From contig JASGJH010000001.1 of the NCBI GenBank assembly GCA_047601445.1, positions 6,176,001 through 6,240,000 on the forward strand: a DNA stretch of 64,000 bases, written 5' to 3'. The stretch comes from Myxococcales bacterium. GTDB taxonomy: Bacteria > Myxococcota_A > Polyangia > Polyangiales > DASUME01. The translations under genes and the position numbers were made by a program. A model generated the notes under the pieces. It was not told the DNA's origin. It saw only the letters and a program-made list of their open reading frames with translations, and searched no databases. Positions 1 through 10,103 of the stretch are shown piece by piece; position 1 is the first letter of the stretch, and every line of letters starts with the position of its first letter.

Positions 1-788
1 GCTGTATGGTGGACTCCTGTCGGCTCTGTTCGAGCTGTGAGGAAGGACTCGAGCAGTACTGCGAGAAGGGTTTCAACCCCACCTACAATGGCTACGACCG
101 CGACGGCGAGACCCCCACCCAGGGCGGCTACGCGAGCAACATCGTGGTGCACCAGGACTTCGTGCTCAGGGTCTCCGACAAGCTGGCGCTCGCGAATGTC
201 GCCCCGCTCTTGTGCGCGGGCATCACCACCTGGTCTCCGCTGCGCCACTGGAAGGTGGGCCCGGGTCAGCGTGTGGGCGTGGTCGGGCTCGGCGGGCTCG
301 GTCACATGGCACTCAAGTTCGCGCGCTCGTTCGGTGCAGAGGTCGTGCTCTTCACCACGTCGCCGGGCAAGGCCGAGGACGCCAAGCGACTGGGCGCTAC
401 CGAGGTGGTGGTGTCCACGCGGCGTGCCGAGATGAAGCCTCAGAAGAACCGCTTCGACTTCATCCTCAACACGGTGGCGGTGCCCCACGATCTCGACGTC
501 TATCTCAACATGCTCAAGCGCAACGGCACGCTCGCGCTGGTGGGCGTGCCCGACAAGAACCACCCGGCTCCCAAGGTGGGCAACCTGGTGTTCAAGCGCC
601 GCAGCCTGGCGGGCTCGCTGATCGGCGGCATCGCCGAGACCCAGGAGATGCTCGACTACTGCGCCGAGCACGGCATTGCTTCGGATGTCGAGCTCGTCGC
701 CATCGACCAGGTCAACCTGGCCTTCGATCGCATGGTGAAGAGCGACGTGAAGTATCGCTTCGTGATCGACATGGCTTCACTCGCGTGA
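1..788 (+). CDS. Zn-dependent NAD(P)H alcohol dehydrogenase (CAD/YahK-like), 5' truncated by the window edge
   Basis: Structural-Zn Cys cluster CRLCSSCEEGLEQYC, PLLCAGIT, GLGGLG Rossmann motif, C-terminal YRFVID. The frame is open to the window start. Confidence 0.93.
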   Translation, partial: CMVDSCRLCSSCEEGLEQYCEKGFNPTYNGYDRDGETPTQGGYASNIVVHQDFVLRVSDKLALANVAPLLCAGITTWSPLRHWKVGPGQRVGVVGLGGLGHMALKFARSFGAEVVLFTTSPGKAEDAKRLGATEVVVSTRRAEMKPQKNRFDFILNTVAVPHDLDVYLNMLKRNGTLALVGVPDKNHPAPKVGNLVFKRRSLAGSLIGGIAETQEMLDYCAEHGIASDVELVAIDQVNLAFDRMVKSDVKYRFVIDMASLA

Positions 789-821
789 TGACGCGGCGCT
801 AGCCGAAAGAGAGAGCTCAAG

Positions 822-3005
822 ATGCCCAGCCAAGAGAACCAGCCGTCCGGCTCCGCCACACGCCACTACCGCACCTGCACGCTGTGCGAAGCCATGTGTG
901 GCCTCGTCATCGAGACCAAGGGGAGTGAAGTCAGCGCGATCCGCGGCGACCAGGAGGATCCCTTCAGCCGCGGTCACATCTGCCCCAAGGCCATGGCGCT
1001 CAAGGATTTGCACGACGATTCGGATCGCCTGCGCACGCCGCTCAAGCGCGAAGGTGACAAGTTCGTGCCCATCGGCTGGGATGAGGCCTTCGATCTGGTG
1101 GCCGAGGGCATCAAGCGCGTGCAGCGAGCCCACGGCAAGAGCGCGGTGGCCCTCTATCAGGGGAACCCGACCGTACACAACTACGGGTCCATGTTGTTCG
1201 CACCGATGTTCATGGCGGCGCTCGGCACCCGCGCGCGCTTCTCCGCGACCTCGGTCGACCAGCTGCCCCACATGCTGGCCAGCCTGTGGATGTTCGGTCA
1301 TCAGCTGTTGATGCCCGTGCCTGACCTCGATCGTACGGACTACTTCCTGGTGCTCGGAGCCAACCCGGCCGTCTCCAACGGCAGCCTGATGACGGCGCCC
1401 GGGGCAAAGGATCGCATCGAGGGTATCGTGGCGCGCGGGGGCAAGGTGGTGGTGATCGACCCCCGTCGTAGTGAGACCTCCGCGCTGGCCAGTGAGCATC
1501 ACTTCGTGCGCCCAGGCAAGGACGCGCTCCTGCTGCTCGGGCTCATCCACACGGTGTTCGACGAGCAGCTCGCCAAGCCGGGCCGACTCGAAGCGTTCAC
1601 GCAGGGACGCTCCGAGGTCGAGCGCTTGGTGCGCCCCTACGCGCCCGAGCGCGTGGCCAAGGTGGTGGGCATCGAGGCCGGCACCATCCGGCGTCTGGCG
1701 CGCGAGTTTGCGAAGGCCGAGCGCGCCGTGTGTTACGGGCGCATGGGCGTCTCGACTCAGGACTTCGGCGGCCTCACCTGTTGGCTGATCAACGTCCTCA
1801 ACATCATCACCGGGAACCTCGACCGCGTGGGCGGCGCCATGTTCACCTCGCCCGCCGTCGATCTGGTGCAGCTTCCGGTGCGCCAGTTCCAGGGGCACTA
1901 CGGCCTCTACAAGAGCCGCGTGCGCGGTCTGCCCGAGTTCGGCGGTGAGCTACCCGTGGCGGCTTTGGCCGAGGAAATCGAGACCGAAGGCAAAGGCCAA
2001 ATCCGCGGACTCGTCACCTCGGCGGGTAATCCCGTGCTGTCGACTCCCAATGGGGTGCGCCTCGAGCGTGCCCTGCCCAAGCTCGAGTTCATGGTGAGCA
2101 TCGACTTCTACCTCAACGAGACCACGCGTCACGCCCACGTGATCCTACCGCCGTCGGGTCCGCTCGAGCACGACCACTACGACATCGCGCTGCACCTCTT
2201 GCAGGTGCGCAACACGGCCAAGTACTCCAAGGCGATCTTCCCGCGTCCGAGCGAGGCACGCCACGACTGGGAGATTCTCAGCGAGCTCACCTGGCGCCTC
2301 GTCGATGGGCGGCTCGCGCGCCTCGCTGCACGCGCCCAGGCCGAGGTCACATGCAAGCTCGAACCCAAGGGCATGGTGGATCTCCTGCTGCGCGCGGGGC
2401 CCCATGGAGACCGCTTCATCCCCCTCAAGCGCGGGCTCTCGATCAAGCAGCTCGAGCAGCAGCCTCACGGCGTGGATCTGGGGGGCCTCGAGCCTCGCTT
2501 CCCCGAGCGTCTGAAGACGCGTGGCAAACAGATCCAGCTCGCCCCCGAGCCGCTGGTGCAGGACCTGCGGAGGCTCGAGCAAGCGCTGCGCGAGGACGAG
2601 CGCGCTGAGCCGGGGCTGGTGCTCATCGGACGCCGTCAGCTGCGCTCGAACAACTCCTGGATGCACAACAGCCTGCGCCTGGTGAAGGGGCCCGTGCGCT
2701 GCACGCTGCAGATGCATCCGGAGGACGCGCAGGCGCGCGGGCTCAACCACGGCGAGCTCGTGCAGATCCGCTCGCGGGTGGGTAGCGTCGAAGCGCCGCT
2801 CGAGGTGACCGAGGCACTGATGCCCGGGGTGGTGAGCTTGCCGCACGGCTGGGGTCACACGCGCAAGGGCACCAAGTTGCAGGTGGCCGAGCAACATCCT
2901 GGCGCGAGCATCAACGATGTGACTGACGAGGCGCGTGTAGACGCGTTGGCCGGCACGGCGAGCTTCAGCGGGCTGCCCGTGCAGGTAACGCGAGCGGCCG
3001 GGTAG
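822..3005 (+). CDS. Molybdopterin-dependent oxidoreductase catalytic subunit
   Basis: N-terminal CTLCEAMCG...CPKA Fe-S motif, GANPAVSNGS, C-terminal MHPEDA...PGVVSLPHGWG molybdopterin-dinucleotide domain. No Tat peptide is visible. Confidence 0.92.
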   Translation: MPSQENQPSGSATRHYRTCTLCEAMCGLVIETKGSEVSAIRGDQEDPFSRGHICPKAMALKDLHDDSDRLRTPLKREGDKFVPIGWDEAFDLVAEGIKRVQRAHGKSAVALYQGNPTVHNYGSMLFAPMFMAALGTRARFSATSVDQLPHMLASLWMFGHQLLMPVPDLDRTDYFLVLGANPAVSNGSLMTAPGAKDRIEGIVARGGKVVVIDPRRSETSALASEHHFVRPGKDALLLLGLIHTVFDEQLAKPGRLEAFTQGRSEVERLVRPYAPERVAKVVGIEAGTIRRLAREFAKAERAVCYGRMGVSTQDFGGLTCWLINVLNIITGNLDRVGGAMFTSPAVDLVQLPVRQFQGHYGLYKSRVRGLPEFGGELPVAALAEEIETEGKGQIRGLVTSAGNPVLSTPNGVRLERALPKLEFMVSIDFYLNETTRHAHVILPPSGPLEHDHYDIALHLLQVRNTAKYSKAIFPRPSEARHDWEILSELTWRLVDGRLARLAARAQAEVTCKLEPKGMVDLLLRAGPHGDRFIPLKRGLSIKQLEQQPHGVDLGGLEPRFPERLKTRGKQIQLAPEPLVQDLRRLEQALREDERAEPGLVLIGRRQLRSNNSWMHNSLRLVKGPVRCTLQMHPEDAQARGLNHGELVQIRSRVGSVEAPLEVTEALMPGVVSLPHGWGHTRKGTKLQVAEQHPGASINDVTDEARVDALAGTASFSGLPVQVTRAAG

Positions 3006-3028
3006 GGACCCCCCTGGGGGCTGTCCCT
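3004..3028. terminator. GC-rich hairpin between convergent genes
   Basis: AGGGAC/GTCCCT outer stem with inner C-run/G-run. There is no U-tract. Confidence 0.4.
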
Positions 3029-3035
3029 CGAGCGT

Positions 3036-4541
3036 TCAGGTGCCGGGCGGAGTCCAGGTCGTGATGCGCCAGCGACTGGGGCGTGTTCGGATGGGCTCCA
3101 TGGCGACGCCTTCGCCGAAGTCGAAATAGATGGGCTGTTGGCGGAGCGCGTTGTAGTCCGCCACGTTGTTGCCGTCGTAAACTCGTGAGCGCCAGTTGCT
3201 GAACTCCGGCGGCACGCTCTCGTCGACCTCGTCGGCGAAATGGGTTGCCACGTCGCTCAGGTCGGGGAACTGGAACGACTCCGCGCCCGGAGCCACCACC
3301 AAGCCGTAGCCGTAGTAGCTCTGGCCCTGGCCGTCGTTGGTGGTGAACGCGGCGTCGAAGGTGAACAGGGTGACGTCGGCCGCTTGCGGGTCACTGGTGA
3401 GTGTGACGAGCGGGCGCTTGGGATCGCTGTCGTCGAAGGCGCTGATTCGCACGGGGGCGAGTCGGTCGCTCGCGTCGTAGGCGAGGGCGCTGGTGTCGGC
3501 AGTGCGCTGCCGAAACTCGGAGTAGACGTTGTCGTTGAGGTCGGGAACGCTGAAGCCCACCTCCACGTCGAACTGGTTTACCACCGCGTCCGGGTAGAGA
3601 TAGTTCCAGGTGTGCTGGGGGTTCTCGTTGAGGTTGTAGCCCGTGTAGACCGCTTGTCCGTCCACGAACGGCGCGACGGTGATGTTGGGCACGAGATCGT
3701 TGGGCACGTTGTCGACGGTGACGGGGAATGTCGCAGGCGCCGCCCAGGTGCCTTGGTAGGTGAGCGTGGCGACGTTTCCGAGGGTGGGCGGCGCTTGATT
3801 GCGCAGCACCGCATAGCCGCCGGTGGTTCCGTTCACGATGCCAGCCACCACCAGGTCCATGCTGTCCGCGCGGCAGGCCGCCGTGATGTCTTGTGTGAAT
3901 GTGGTGTTGTTGGAAGAGCCACTGCAGCTGCTGTTGCGGGCGTAGAAGACGTACGTGCTGGCGTTGGCGAGCGGTGGCACGGTGAGCTCGAAGCTGCCGA
4001 GCGTCGGCAGAATTTGGTCGGGCTCCCGCAGCTGCACGATCAGGTCGTCGCCGTCTTTGACGCCCACGTAGGTGAGCGCGCCGCGCACGAGATCGAGATT
4101 GTCGCTGGGCGGGAGCACGGTCACCGCGTGCGGCGCGAGTGCGGAGTGGATTTGGCCGTTTTGATCGGTGAGCAGGGTGTCGAGCTTTGCGCCGGCGGCA
4201 TCGTAGAGCAGCACCGTTGCGTTCGGCACGGGATCGCTCGCGCCAATGCGTAGCGTCAGGGAGATGCCGTCGAGCGTAGGTCCTTCAGCGTCGGGCTCGC
4301 TTGCATCGGGCTCGCTTGCGTCGGGTTGGCCAGCGTCGGGCTCGCTTGCGTCAGGCGTAGGGCTCTGGGCGTCGAGCGGTGGCTGCGAAGCGTCTTGGCC
4401 AGGCGAGTGACCGGAGTCGACGGAGCCCGAGTCGAGCTCTTCGCTCTCCTGGTCATCGCTCTCGTTGCCGGAGCAACCGGGGGCGGCGAGGACGGCAAGC
4501 AAGGATACGAGCCAAGGAACGTGATGCTGGCGGGGGGACAT
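3036..4541 (-). CDS. Secreted lipoprotein with acidic PDASE-repeat linker, function unknown
   Basis: Hydrophobic signal ending APGC, (PDASE/PDAGQ)n linker, beta-rich body. Confidence 0.8.
   Translation of the reverse strand: MSPRQHHVPWLVSLLAVLAAPGCSGNESDDQESEELDSGSVDSGHSPGQDASQPPLDAQSPTPDASEPDAGQPDASEPDASEPDAEGPTLDGISLTLRIGASDPVPNATVLLYDAAGAKLDTLLTDQNGQIHSALAPHAVTVLPPSDNLDLVRGALTYVGVKDGDDLIVQLREPDQILPTLGSFELTVPPLANASTYVFYARNSSCSGSSNNTTFTQDITAACRADSMDLVVAGIVNGTTGGYAVLRNQAPPTLGNVATLTYQGTWAAPATFPVTVDNVPNDLVPNITVAPFVDGQAVYTGYNLNENPQHTWNYLYPDAVVNQFDVEVGFSVPDLNDNVYSEFRQRTADTSALAYDASDRLAPVRISAFDDSDPKRPLVTLTSDPQAADVTLFTFDAAFTTNDGQGQSYYGYGLVVAPGAESFQFPDLSDVATHFADEVDESVPPEFSNWRSRVYDGNNVADYNALRQQPIYFDFGEGVAMEPIRTRPSRWRITTWTPPGT
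4288..4355. repeat. 15-bp coding tandem repeat (about 4.5 copies, GCGTCGGGCTCGCTT)
   Basis: Read directly; encodes the PDASE pentapeptide repeats on the minus strand. Confidence 0.85.
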
Positions 4542-4705
4542 GGGAGTGAACGACCTCTTGGACCCAAGTACGGAGGCGAGACTCCCTCACCTTCCCGTTC
4601 GTCCTCCCCCGCGCACCATTCCCGACTCCTGGAACCGCGTTTGATCCGCCTGGCTCACGTAAGATCCACTTCTGTTTCTTCGTGTGCCCTGGATAGAATA
4701 TTCCA

Positions 4706-5644
4706 GTGGAAGCGCCCCAAGACGGTCTGACCGTCATCTTGTTGACCCACCCTGGAGCCCCGGCACGACAGCTGCGCGTGCCCCGAGCGTGGCCAGCTTT
4801 CTTGGGCGTTTTCGGCATGTTGTCGGTCTGCGGCAGCCTGCTCATCGGGCGTCAGGCGCGGGCCCTTTGCGAGGCTGAAGGCGCGCTGGGCCCGGAGCCG
4901 GCTCTGATGATGGCGGGCCTCGATCAGGAGGAGCCGCTGTTGGTCTCCTCGCTGGGGGGCGTCGGTTCGAAGCCAGCGGCCTCCATGGGCACGCTTGCCT
5001 CGGCGCGCACTTTGGCCGCGCTATCCGTGGCCCCTGGACTGTCGTCGGTGGCCGGGCTCACGCCCACTCCATCTCAGGCGCCGAGCCTCCCTGCCTCGGC
5101 GCGTCCGCTCGTGAGCGGCAAGGCCCTGCCGCTGTTCGACATCAACGGCGGCCGCGCCCTGACCGTGACCCCCTTCGATCAAGATGGCGTCGCGAACCCC
5201 GAGGCATTCGCGCAGATCCGCACGTTCATGCGCTGCCGCCGCAGCGGGCACGAGATGGACATGGACCCGCGGCTGATCGCTCTGCTCTCGCGCATCTCGC
5301 AGCACTTCGGCGACGCCAGGCTGCAGATCATCTCGGGCCATCGCAAGCCTGATGGCAAGGCCACGCGCGAGACCAGTCAGCACGCGTTCGGCACCGCGGC
5401 CGACATTCGCATCGCCGGCGTCGCCATCGACGACATCAAGCGCGCGGCGCACGAGCTCGGCGCCAAGGGCGTGGGGCTCTACACCAAGGGCCAGTTCGTC
5501 CATGTCGACGTGCGCGAGCGCGCCTACTCGTGGCGCGACACCGGCGAAGAACTCGACGAATCGGAGGGCGCCGAGACCTTATCTCAGAAGGGGTCGGGGG
5601 AAGCCGTGGCGGACGCACCCGTGGTGGCGGCGGCGGGGCTCTGA
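4706..5644 (+). CDS. Membrane-anchored peptidase M15A / YcbK (DUF882)-family protein
   Basis: MDPRLIALL, ISGHR, SQHAFGTAADI and FVHVDVR supply His/Asp/His Zn ligands; N-terminal TM segment. Confidence 0.85.
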   Translation: MEAPQDGLTVILLTHPGAPARQLRVPRAWPAFLGVFGMLSVCGSLLIGRQARALCEAEGALGPEPALMMAGLDQEEPLLVSSLGGVGSKPAASMGTLASARTLAALSVAPGLSSVAGLTPTPSQAPSLPASARPLVSGKALPLFDINGGRALTVTPFDQDGVANPEAFAQIRTFMRCRRSGHEMDMDPRLIALLSRISQHFGDARLQIISGHRKPDGKATRETSQHAFGTAADIRIAGVAIDDIKRAAHELGAKGVGLYTKGQFVHVDVRERAYSWRDTGEELDESEGAETLSQKGSGEAVADAPVVAAAGL

Positions 5645-5835
5645 GAACGCTGGTTCGGCGTGAGCTGAAAGCCGTACCAGGCAGCCAGCGCGAGCACGCT
5701 CAACCAGCCCACGAGCAACGAAGCGCAGACCCAGTGAGGTACGAAGAAGCGCCGGGGAACGCGCCCCGGTCCGCCCATGATCATCAGCGTGAAGCCGCGT
5801 GAGCTCGCTTCGATGCTACTCGGCGGCTGCCGCAT
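5584..5835 (-). CDS. Small single-TM protein coupled to the bactofilin gene
   Basis: Start overlaps the bactofilin 3' end; FTLMIMGGPGRVPRRFFVP followed by a hydrophobic helix. Confidence 0.55.
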   Translation of the reverse strand: MRQPPSSIEASSRGFTLMIMGGPGRVPRRFFVPHWVCASLLVGWLSVLALAAWYGFQLTPNQRSQSPAAATTGASATASPDPF

Positions 5836-6244
5836 CCGAGATCATCTCCACGTCCTGCGGGCGGGCTTCGACGTCGTTGGCCGGAGCTCCTGAGCCTGCT
5901 TTGTCGTCGAGACGAGATGCACGACCGTCCATCACGCCACCGCGGTCCACTTCGAGCGACGCGTAACGCGCGCCACCCTGCACCACGCCCGAAGCCAACA
6001 CATGCAGGTGGCCGCGTGCGTTGACGGTGCCCTCGATGCGCCCGGCGATCGACAGGTTGTCTGCGATCACGTCGCCGAGGATTTTGCCCTCGGGTCCCAC
6101 CGAGACGTGGCCTTCGGCGACCAGCGTGCCCTGGATGGTTCCGTCGAGCTGCAGCATGCCTTTCACGCGCAGCGTGCCCTCGACGACGCTACCCGCGGCA
6201 ATCACGGTGATCGAACTTGCTGGCTGTTGTCGCTTCCCGAACAT
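5816..6244 (-). CDS. Bactofilin (polymer-forming cytoskeletal protein)
   Basis: TVIAAGSVVEGTL...LDGTIQG...IAGRIEGTV...V.G...Y.SLEVD.GG.M.G beta-helix repeats; GGGGGA RBS before ATG 6244. Confidence 0.92.
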   Translation of the reverse strand: MFGKRQQPASSITVIAAGSVVEGTLRVKGMLQLDGTIQGTLVAEGHVSVGPEGKILGDVIADNLSIAGRIEGTVNARGHLHVLASGVVQGGARYASLEVDRGGVMDGRASRLDDKAGSGAPANDVEARPQDVEMISDAAAAE

Positions 6245-6380
6245 AAAAATTCCCCCCGACGAGATCGATGTTATCGCCGTCCCCCACGCTCGAGGAGGGT
6301 ACGTTCTTGCGGCGGATCTGGGCAAAATAGGCACCGGGTGGGACACGGTGCCAGATCCGTTGCGGGGGACCCAGGCCTGC

Positions 6381-6869
6381 TTAGGCTACTTCGACGATGG
6401 AGTACTCGCGGAGCGTTCCGCGCACCCGCAGTTCCACGTCGTCGCCCAACATGCGGCCCATCACAGCGGCTCCCAGCGAGGAAGCACCTGTGACCACCAA
6501 CACCTGCACGCCGTCGACCTCCACTTCGGTGCCCCCGGCGTAGGGCGCGATGAACACGCAACGCTTGCCCTCATCGGACTCCAGCATCACCAGCGCGCTG
6601 GCGCGCAGCGCGTCGTCCGGACCGAAGCGCAACAATGGCAGAAATCGCAGCTGTTCCCGCTGCTCTACCAGTTCCTCGGCGCGCATCGCTTGGCCGCGGG
6701 CCAGGTAGCTCTGTTCGAGGGCACGGGTGTCCTTGTCGTTCTCGGGCTTGGCTTCTTCGTGGGTGGCGTCCTTACGGGTCTGTTCCGCACTGGAGGACAT
6801 CTGGGAGAGGGTCTCGCCCAGGCGTGCCACCAGGGCTTCGAGGACGCGTCGCTTGTCTGGCAGAGCCAT
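6381..6869 (-). CDS. GreA/GreB-family elongation-factor-like protein
   Basis: ATHEEAKPENDKDTRALEQSYLARGQ coiled-coil tip; C-terminal SSLGAAVMGRMLGDDV. Start chosen at MALPDK. Confidence 0.8.
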   Translation of the reverse strand: MALPDKRRVLEALVARLGETLSQMSSSAEQTRKDATHEEAKPENDKDTRALEQSYLARGQAMRAEELVEQREQLRFLPLLRFGPDDALRASALVMLESDEGKRCVFIAPYAGGTEVEVDGVQVLVVTGASSLGAAVMGRMLGDDVELRVRGTLREYSIVEVA

Positions 6870-6930
6870 GCCCCAAGTAAAGCATTGGGTCGCCATGCGC
6901 GCGACGGAGAGCCGGCTCAAGATTTCGTGC

Positions 6931-7815
6931 ATGAGCAGGCAGCGATTGGGGTGGTGGCTGGCTGGTGGTTGTGTGTTGGGTTCCGCGTGCGCGCACGGGA
7001 GCCCGCCTCCGCGTGCTGCGGGGCGGCTCGGTGATGCACCGAAGACCGCCGAGGCCAGCGGTTCCAGCGAGCCCTTGAGGCCGCTGCGTATCCTCGCGCT
7101 CGGGGATTCCATCACCCAGGGCCGCGCCATGAAATCTGCGGATATGCCGGCGACCCAGAGCTGGCGCTATCCGTTTTGGAAAGAGCTGCTTACGACCGGT
7201 GTCGCCTTCGACATGGTGGGCGGGCTCGCGCACGGCTTCGAAGGCGATCCAGCGTGGCCGTCGGTGGAGGGCGTGGCGTTCGACCGCGAGCACGAGGCGC
7301 GCTGGGGCTTTCGTCTCGACGAGATGACGGAGATCCTGCGCAAGGACATTGAGCGGCTGCAGAGCGAGCACTTTTCGTTCGACGTCGTGATGGTGCTGCT
7401 CGGCGGGAACGATCTGGACCAGAAGGAAACGCTGTCCGAGTTGTGGCCCGAGTGGGATGCGCTGTTCGCGCTGTTGCGCGCCCGCAACCCGCAGGTGAAG
7501 GTTGCGGTCGGCGTGTACTGCCACGACTTCGGGGGTTCGGCCGAATATCGCGCCGAGCTCACGCGGCGTGCTCCGAGCTGGAGCACGGCAGAGTCGACGG
7601 TCGTGATCGCCAATGGTTGTGAGAACTGGGTCGCGGACCCTCGAGCGCCCGGGACCGACACCGTGGACTGGATCCATCCGAACGCGCAGGGGGACCAGAA
7701 GATCGCGCGCGGCTTTTTGCAGAGTCTGCGCGCGCTGCGCCCGGATTCGTTCGCACCGAGTCAGGGCACGCCGGCGTCGCTCGCCACGTCGGCGCCGGTG
7801 ACGTTGACCAAGTAG
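6931..7815 (+). CDS. SGNH/GDSL hydrolase lipoprotein
   Basis: GDSIT block I, GGND block III, DWIHPN block V; signal ending GSAC. Confidence 0.88.
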   Translation: MSRQRLGWWLAGGCVLGSACAHGSPPPRAAGRLGDAPKTAEASGSSEPLRPLRILALGDSITQGRAMKSADMPATQSWRYPFWKELLTTGVAFDMVGGLAHGFEGDPAWPSVEGVAFDREHEARWGFRLDEMTEILRKDIERLQSEHFSFDVVMVLLGGNDLDQKETLSELWPEWDALFALLRARNPQVKVAVGVYCHDFGGSAEYRAELTRRAPSWSTAESTVVIANGCENWVADPRAPGTDTVDWIHPNAQGDQKIARGFLQSLRALRPDSFAPSQGTPASLATSAPVTLTK

Positions 7816-8810
7816 CGATTCAAGAGCTCGAACTCGCGGGCGAAGGCGCTGAGCTTGGCCTCGAGCGCGTCGTACATGCTCTCGCGCAGATCGATCAGGG
7901 TTTGATCGTAGACCGCGCCGGTGCCGTAGAGCAGCTGTCGCACGCGCTCATGCTCGGAGCTCGGGTAGGTCTTGGCGATTTTCTCGTCGAAGCTATGGAG
8001 CAAATCCTCGCGCGGGGAGGGCTGATTGGGTCCCGGTGGGGTGCTGAGCAGGCGCCGGACGAAGGTGGGGTAGATGCGATCGTCGTCGTGTCCGCTGGCG
8101 ATGGGGGCGAGCAAGTTGTGCGGATGCAGATACGGGACGGTGTGTTGCTTGGGGACCAGGGCAGCCACACCGAAGCCGGCGCTGCCTGCGCCTCCGAGCA
8201 CTGCCACCAACGACGAGCCGGTGGATCGCTCGGAGGCGATTTCCCAGGCACCTGCGGCGATGCCCGCGGCAGCGGCGACCACGATGGACGCCAACGTCAG
8301 GCGCAGCTCGCGGTTGTCTTGGCGCTGAGAGAGCTGGGCGCTCAAGTCCTCGACCACGTCATCGGTGCAGTCCACCTCGGTCAACAGGGACTGTAGTTGG
8401 CTGTCGAAGGAGACCAGCTGCGTGAAGAGCCGTTGCTGCAGGGTAAGGATCCGAGTGAGGTCAGGGGCAGGCGCGCTGCGCGCCTGAAAGAGCGCCAGGA
8501 TCAGTGGCTCCAGACCGGCGGCGCGCGCCGAGCGCCTGGCCTCGGGGGGCATCACGTCGAGCAAGGGATCGTCGACCGGCTCCGCGAGCTCCTGGTGGTA
8601 GGGGCCACTGACTTGGACCGAGTAGCGCTGGCAGCTGCGGTCGCGCTGCGCGAGCGCGCCGTGGGTGGGCAGTGGCGCGGTGGGTGGCGTGGGTGGGTGA
8701 CAGGCAGCAAGCACGCCTGCGGTTGCCAAGCCCAAGCATTTCGCGCGCACCGAAGCCCCCGTGCGGTTCGTGGAAGCACGCGGTTTCGCGCGCGAGCTCC
8801 TGGTGGTCAT
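7761..8810 (-). CDS. Hypothetical lipoprotein with internal Gly/Ala-rich hydrophobic hairpin
   Basis: VLAAC lipobox, helical body and two hydrophobic segments; start uncertain. Confidence 0.7.
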   Translation of the reverse strand: MTTRSSRAKPRASTNRTGASVRAKCLGLATAGVLAACHPPTPPTAPLPTHGALAQRDRSCQRYSVQVSGPYHQELAEPVDDPLLDVMPPEARRSARAAGLEPLILALFQARSAPAPDLTRILTLQQRLFTQLVSFDSQLQSLLTEVDCTDDVVEDLSAQLSQRQDNRELRLTLASIVVAAAAGIAAGAWEIASERSTGSSLVAVLGGAGSAGFGVAALVPKQHTVPYLHPHNLLAPIASGHDDDRIYPTFVRRLLSTPPGPNQPSPREDLLHSFDEKIAKTYPSSEHERVRQLLYGTGAVYDQTLIDLRESMYDALEAKLSAFAREFELLNRYLVNVTGADVASDAGVP

Positions 8811-9104
8811 CTCCCAGTATGCGCCGACACGGGTGGATTCGCGCGGGCGAGGGCCAGCCAGGTCTTTCCAAAGCGATTTTACCGATCCTCAGTCAGTCGG
8901 AAACACAATGGCAAGAGGCCGGTGTCAGCGTAAACATTGAAGCGAGTGGCCGTCCTCCTCCGCTCGCTTTGTCCGAATCGGGGTTGCGCTGGCAGGTAGG
9001 TGGGCGGTTACTGAGGCGGCTCTGAGCGCCGACTTACCAGCAAGCGCAGCCTCGTTCGGACGGTGTAATGCGTGAGTGTCCACAACGAGTGACGCTCGAT
9101 GCGC

Positions 9105-9779
9105 TCAGTCGCGGGTGGCGAGCCAGATGTGATGGCGCGAACCGCCGCGCCGCCCACGGGACTTGGCCGACACCTCTTCCACGCGAAAGCCTCCGCGCGT
9201 CAGCCGCTGCGTGAACTCGCGGTCGCCGCCCGCAGACCACACGGCGAGCACGCTCTGCGCGCGCAGCGCGGTGTGTGCATGGCGCAGACCCGAGCGTGCA
9301 TAGAGCCAGTCGTTGGCCTTGCGCGTGAAGCCCTCGGGACCGTTGTCCACGTCGAGCAAGATAGCGTCGTAGTGGTCGCGCTCCGTGCGCAGGAGCTCCG
9401 CGACGTCGCCCGTGTGTACGCGCACGCGCGGGTCGTCGAGCGGGAAGCCCGCCAGGTGTCCCAGGTGACTGCGGTTCCAGTTCACCACGGCCGGTACCAG
9501 TTCGGCCACCACGACCTCCGCGTCCTGTCTCACCTGACGCAGCGTCTCGGCCAGTGTGAATCCCATGCCGAGGCCACCGACCAGCACGCGCACCTTGCGC
9601 CGCGCGCCCACCGGTCCGCAGCCCAGCCGGGCCAGCACCTCCTCGGAGTCGTGCACGCGGCTGTTCATCAACTCCTGCCCGTCGGCCCGGATGGAGAGCT
9701 CGCTGCCGCGTCGATACAGGCGCAGCTCTCCGCCGTTGTCGGGGATCAGGGCGCTATCCAAAAGTTCCCACGGGATCAT
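9105..9779 (-). CDS. Spermidine-synthase-like SAM-dependent methyltransferase
   Basis: LVGGLGMGFT SAM-binding motif, ILLDVDNGP, LMNSRVHDSE. Confidence 0.88.
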   Translation of the reverse strand: MIPWELLDSALIPDNGGELRLYRRGSELSIRADGQELMNSRVHDSEEVLARLGCGPVGARRKVRVLVGGLGMGFTLAETLRQVRQDAEVVVAELVPAVVNWNRSHLGHLAGFPLDDPRVRVHTGDVAELLRTERDHYDAILLDVDNGPEGFTRKANDWLYARSGLRHAHTALRAQSVLAVWSAGGDREFTQRLTRGGFRVEEVSAKSRGRRGGSRHHIWLATRD

Positions 9780-9794
9780 CGCGCAGGCTCTTTG

Positions 9795-10100
9795 TCACCA
9801 GTCTTCGCCATAGTCGAACGTGATCTCGCTGCCGGCTTCGATGTCCATCAGGGCGTACAGGCTGTGCCCCCGAAAGATGGCGTTGGCCGGGCGGGCGTGG
9901 TTCAGATAGCGGAGCTCGTTCTTGCCGTCGATGCCCGCGATCTCGCCGTCGTCGTACTCCACCCAGAGCACGTACATGCCGTTCACCACCGTGCGCTCAC
10001 CCTCGTAGTCGCCGATGAAGCTGTCGGCCGTGAAGGCCTGTCTGGCGAATACCCCGAGGCCATGGATTGGGCTCTCTTTTACTTCGAACAGCTCGTGCAT
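9795..10100 (-). CDS. Minimal SET-domain protein
   Basis: SPIHGLGVFA, RYLNH, EITFDYG; no post-SET Cys cluster. Confidence 0.88.
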   Translation of the reverse strand: MHELFEVKESPIHGLGVFARQAFTADSFIGDYEGERTVVNGMYVLWVEYDDGEIAGIDGKNELRYLNHARPANAIFRGHSLYALMDIEAGSEITFDYGEDW

Positions 10101-10103
10101 CTG

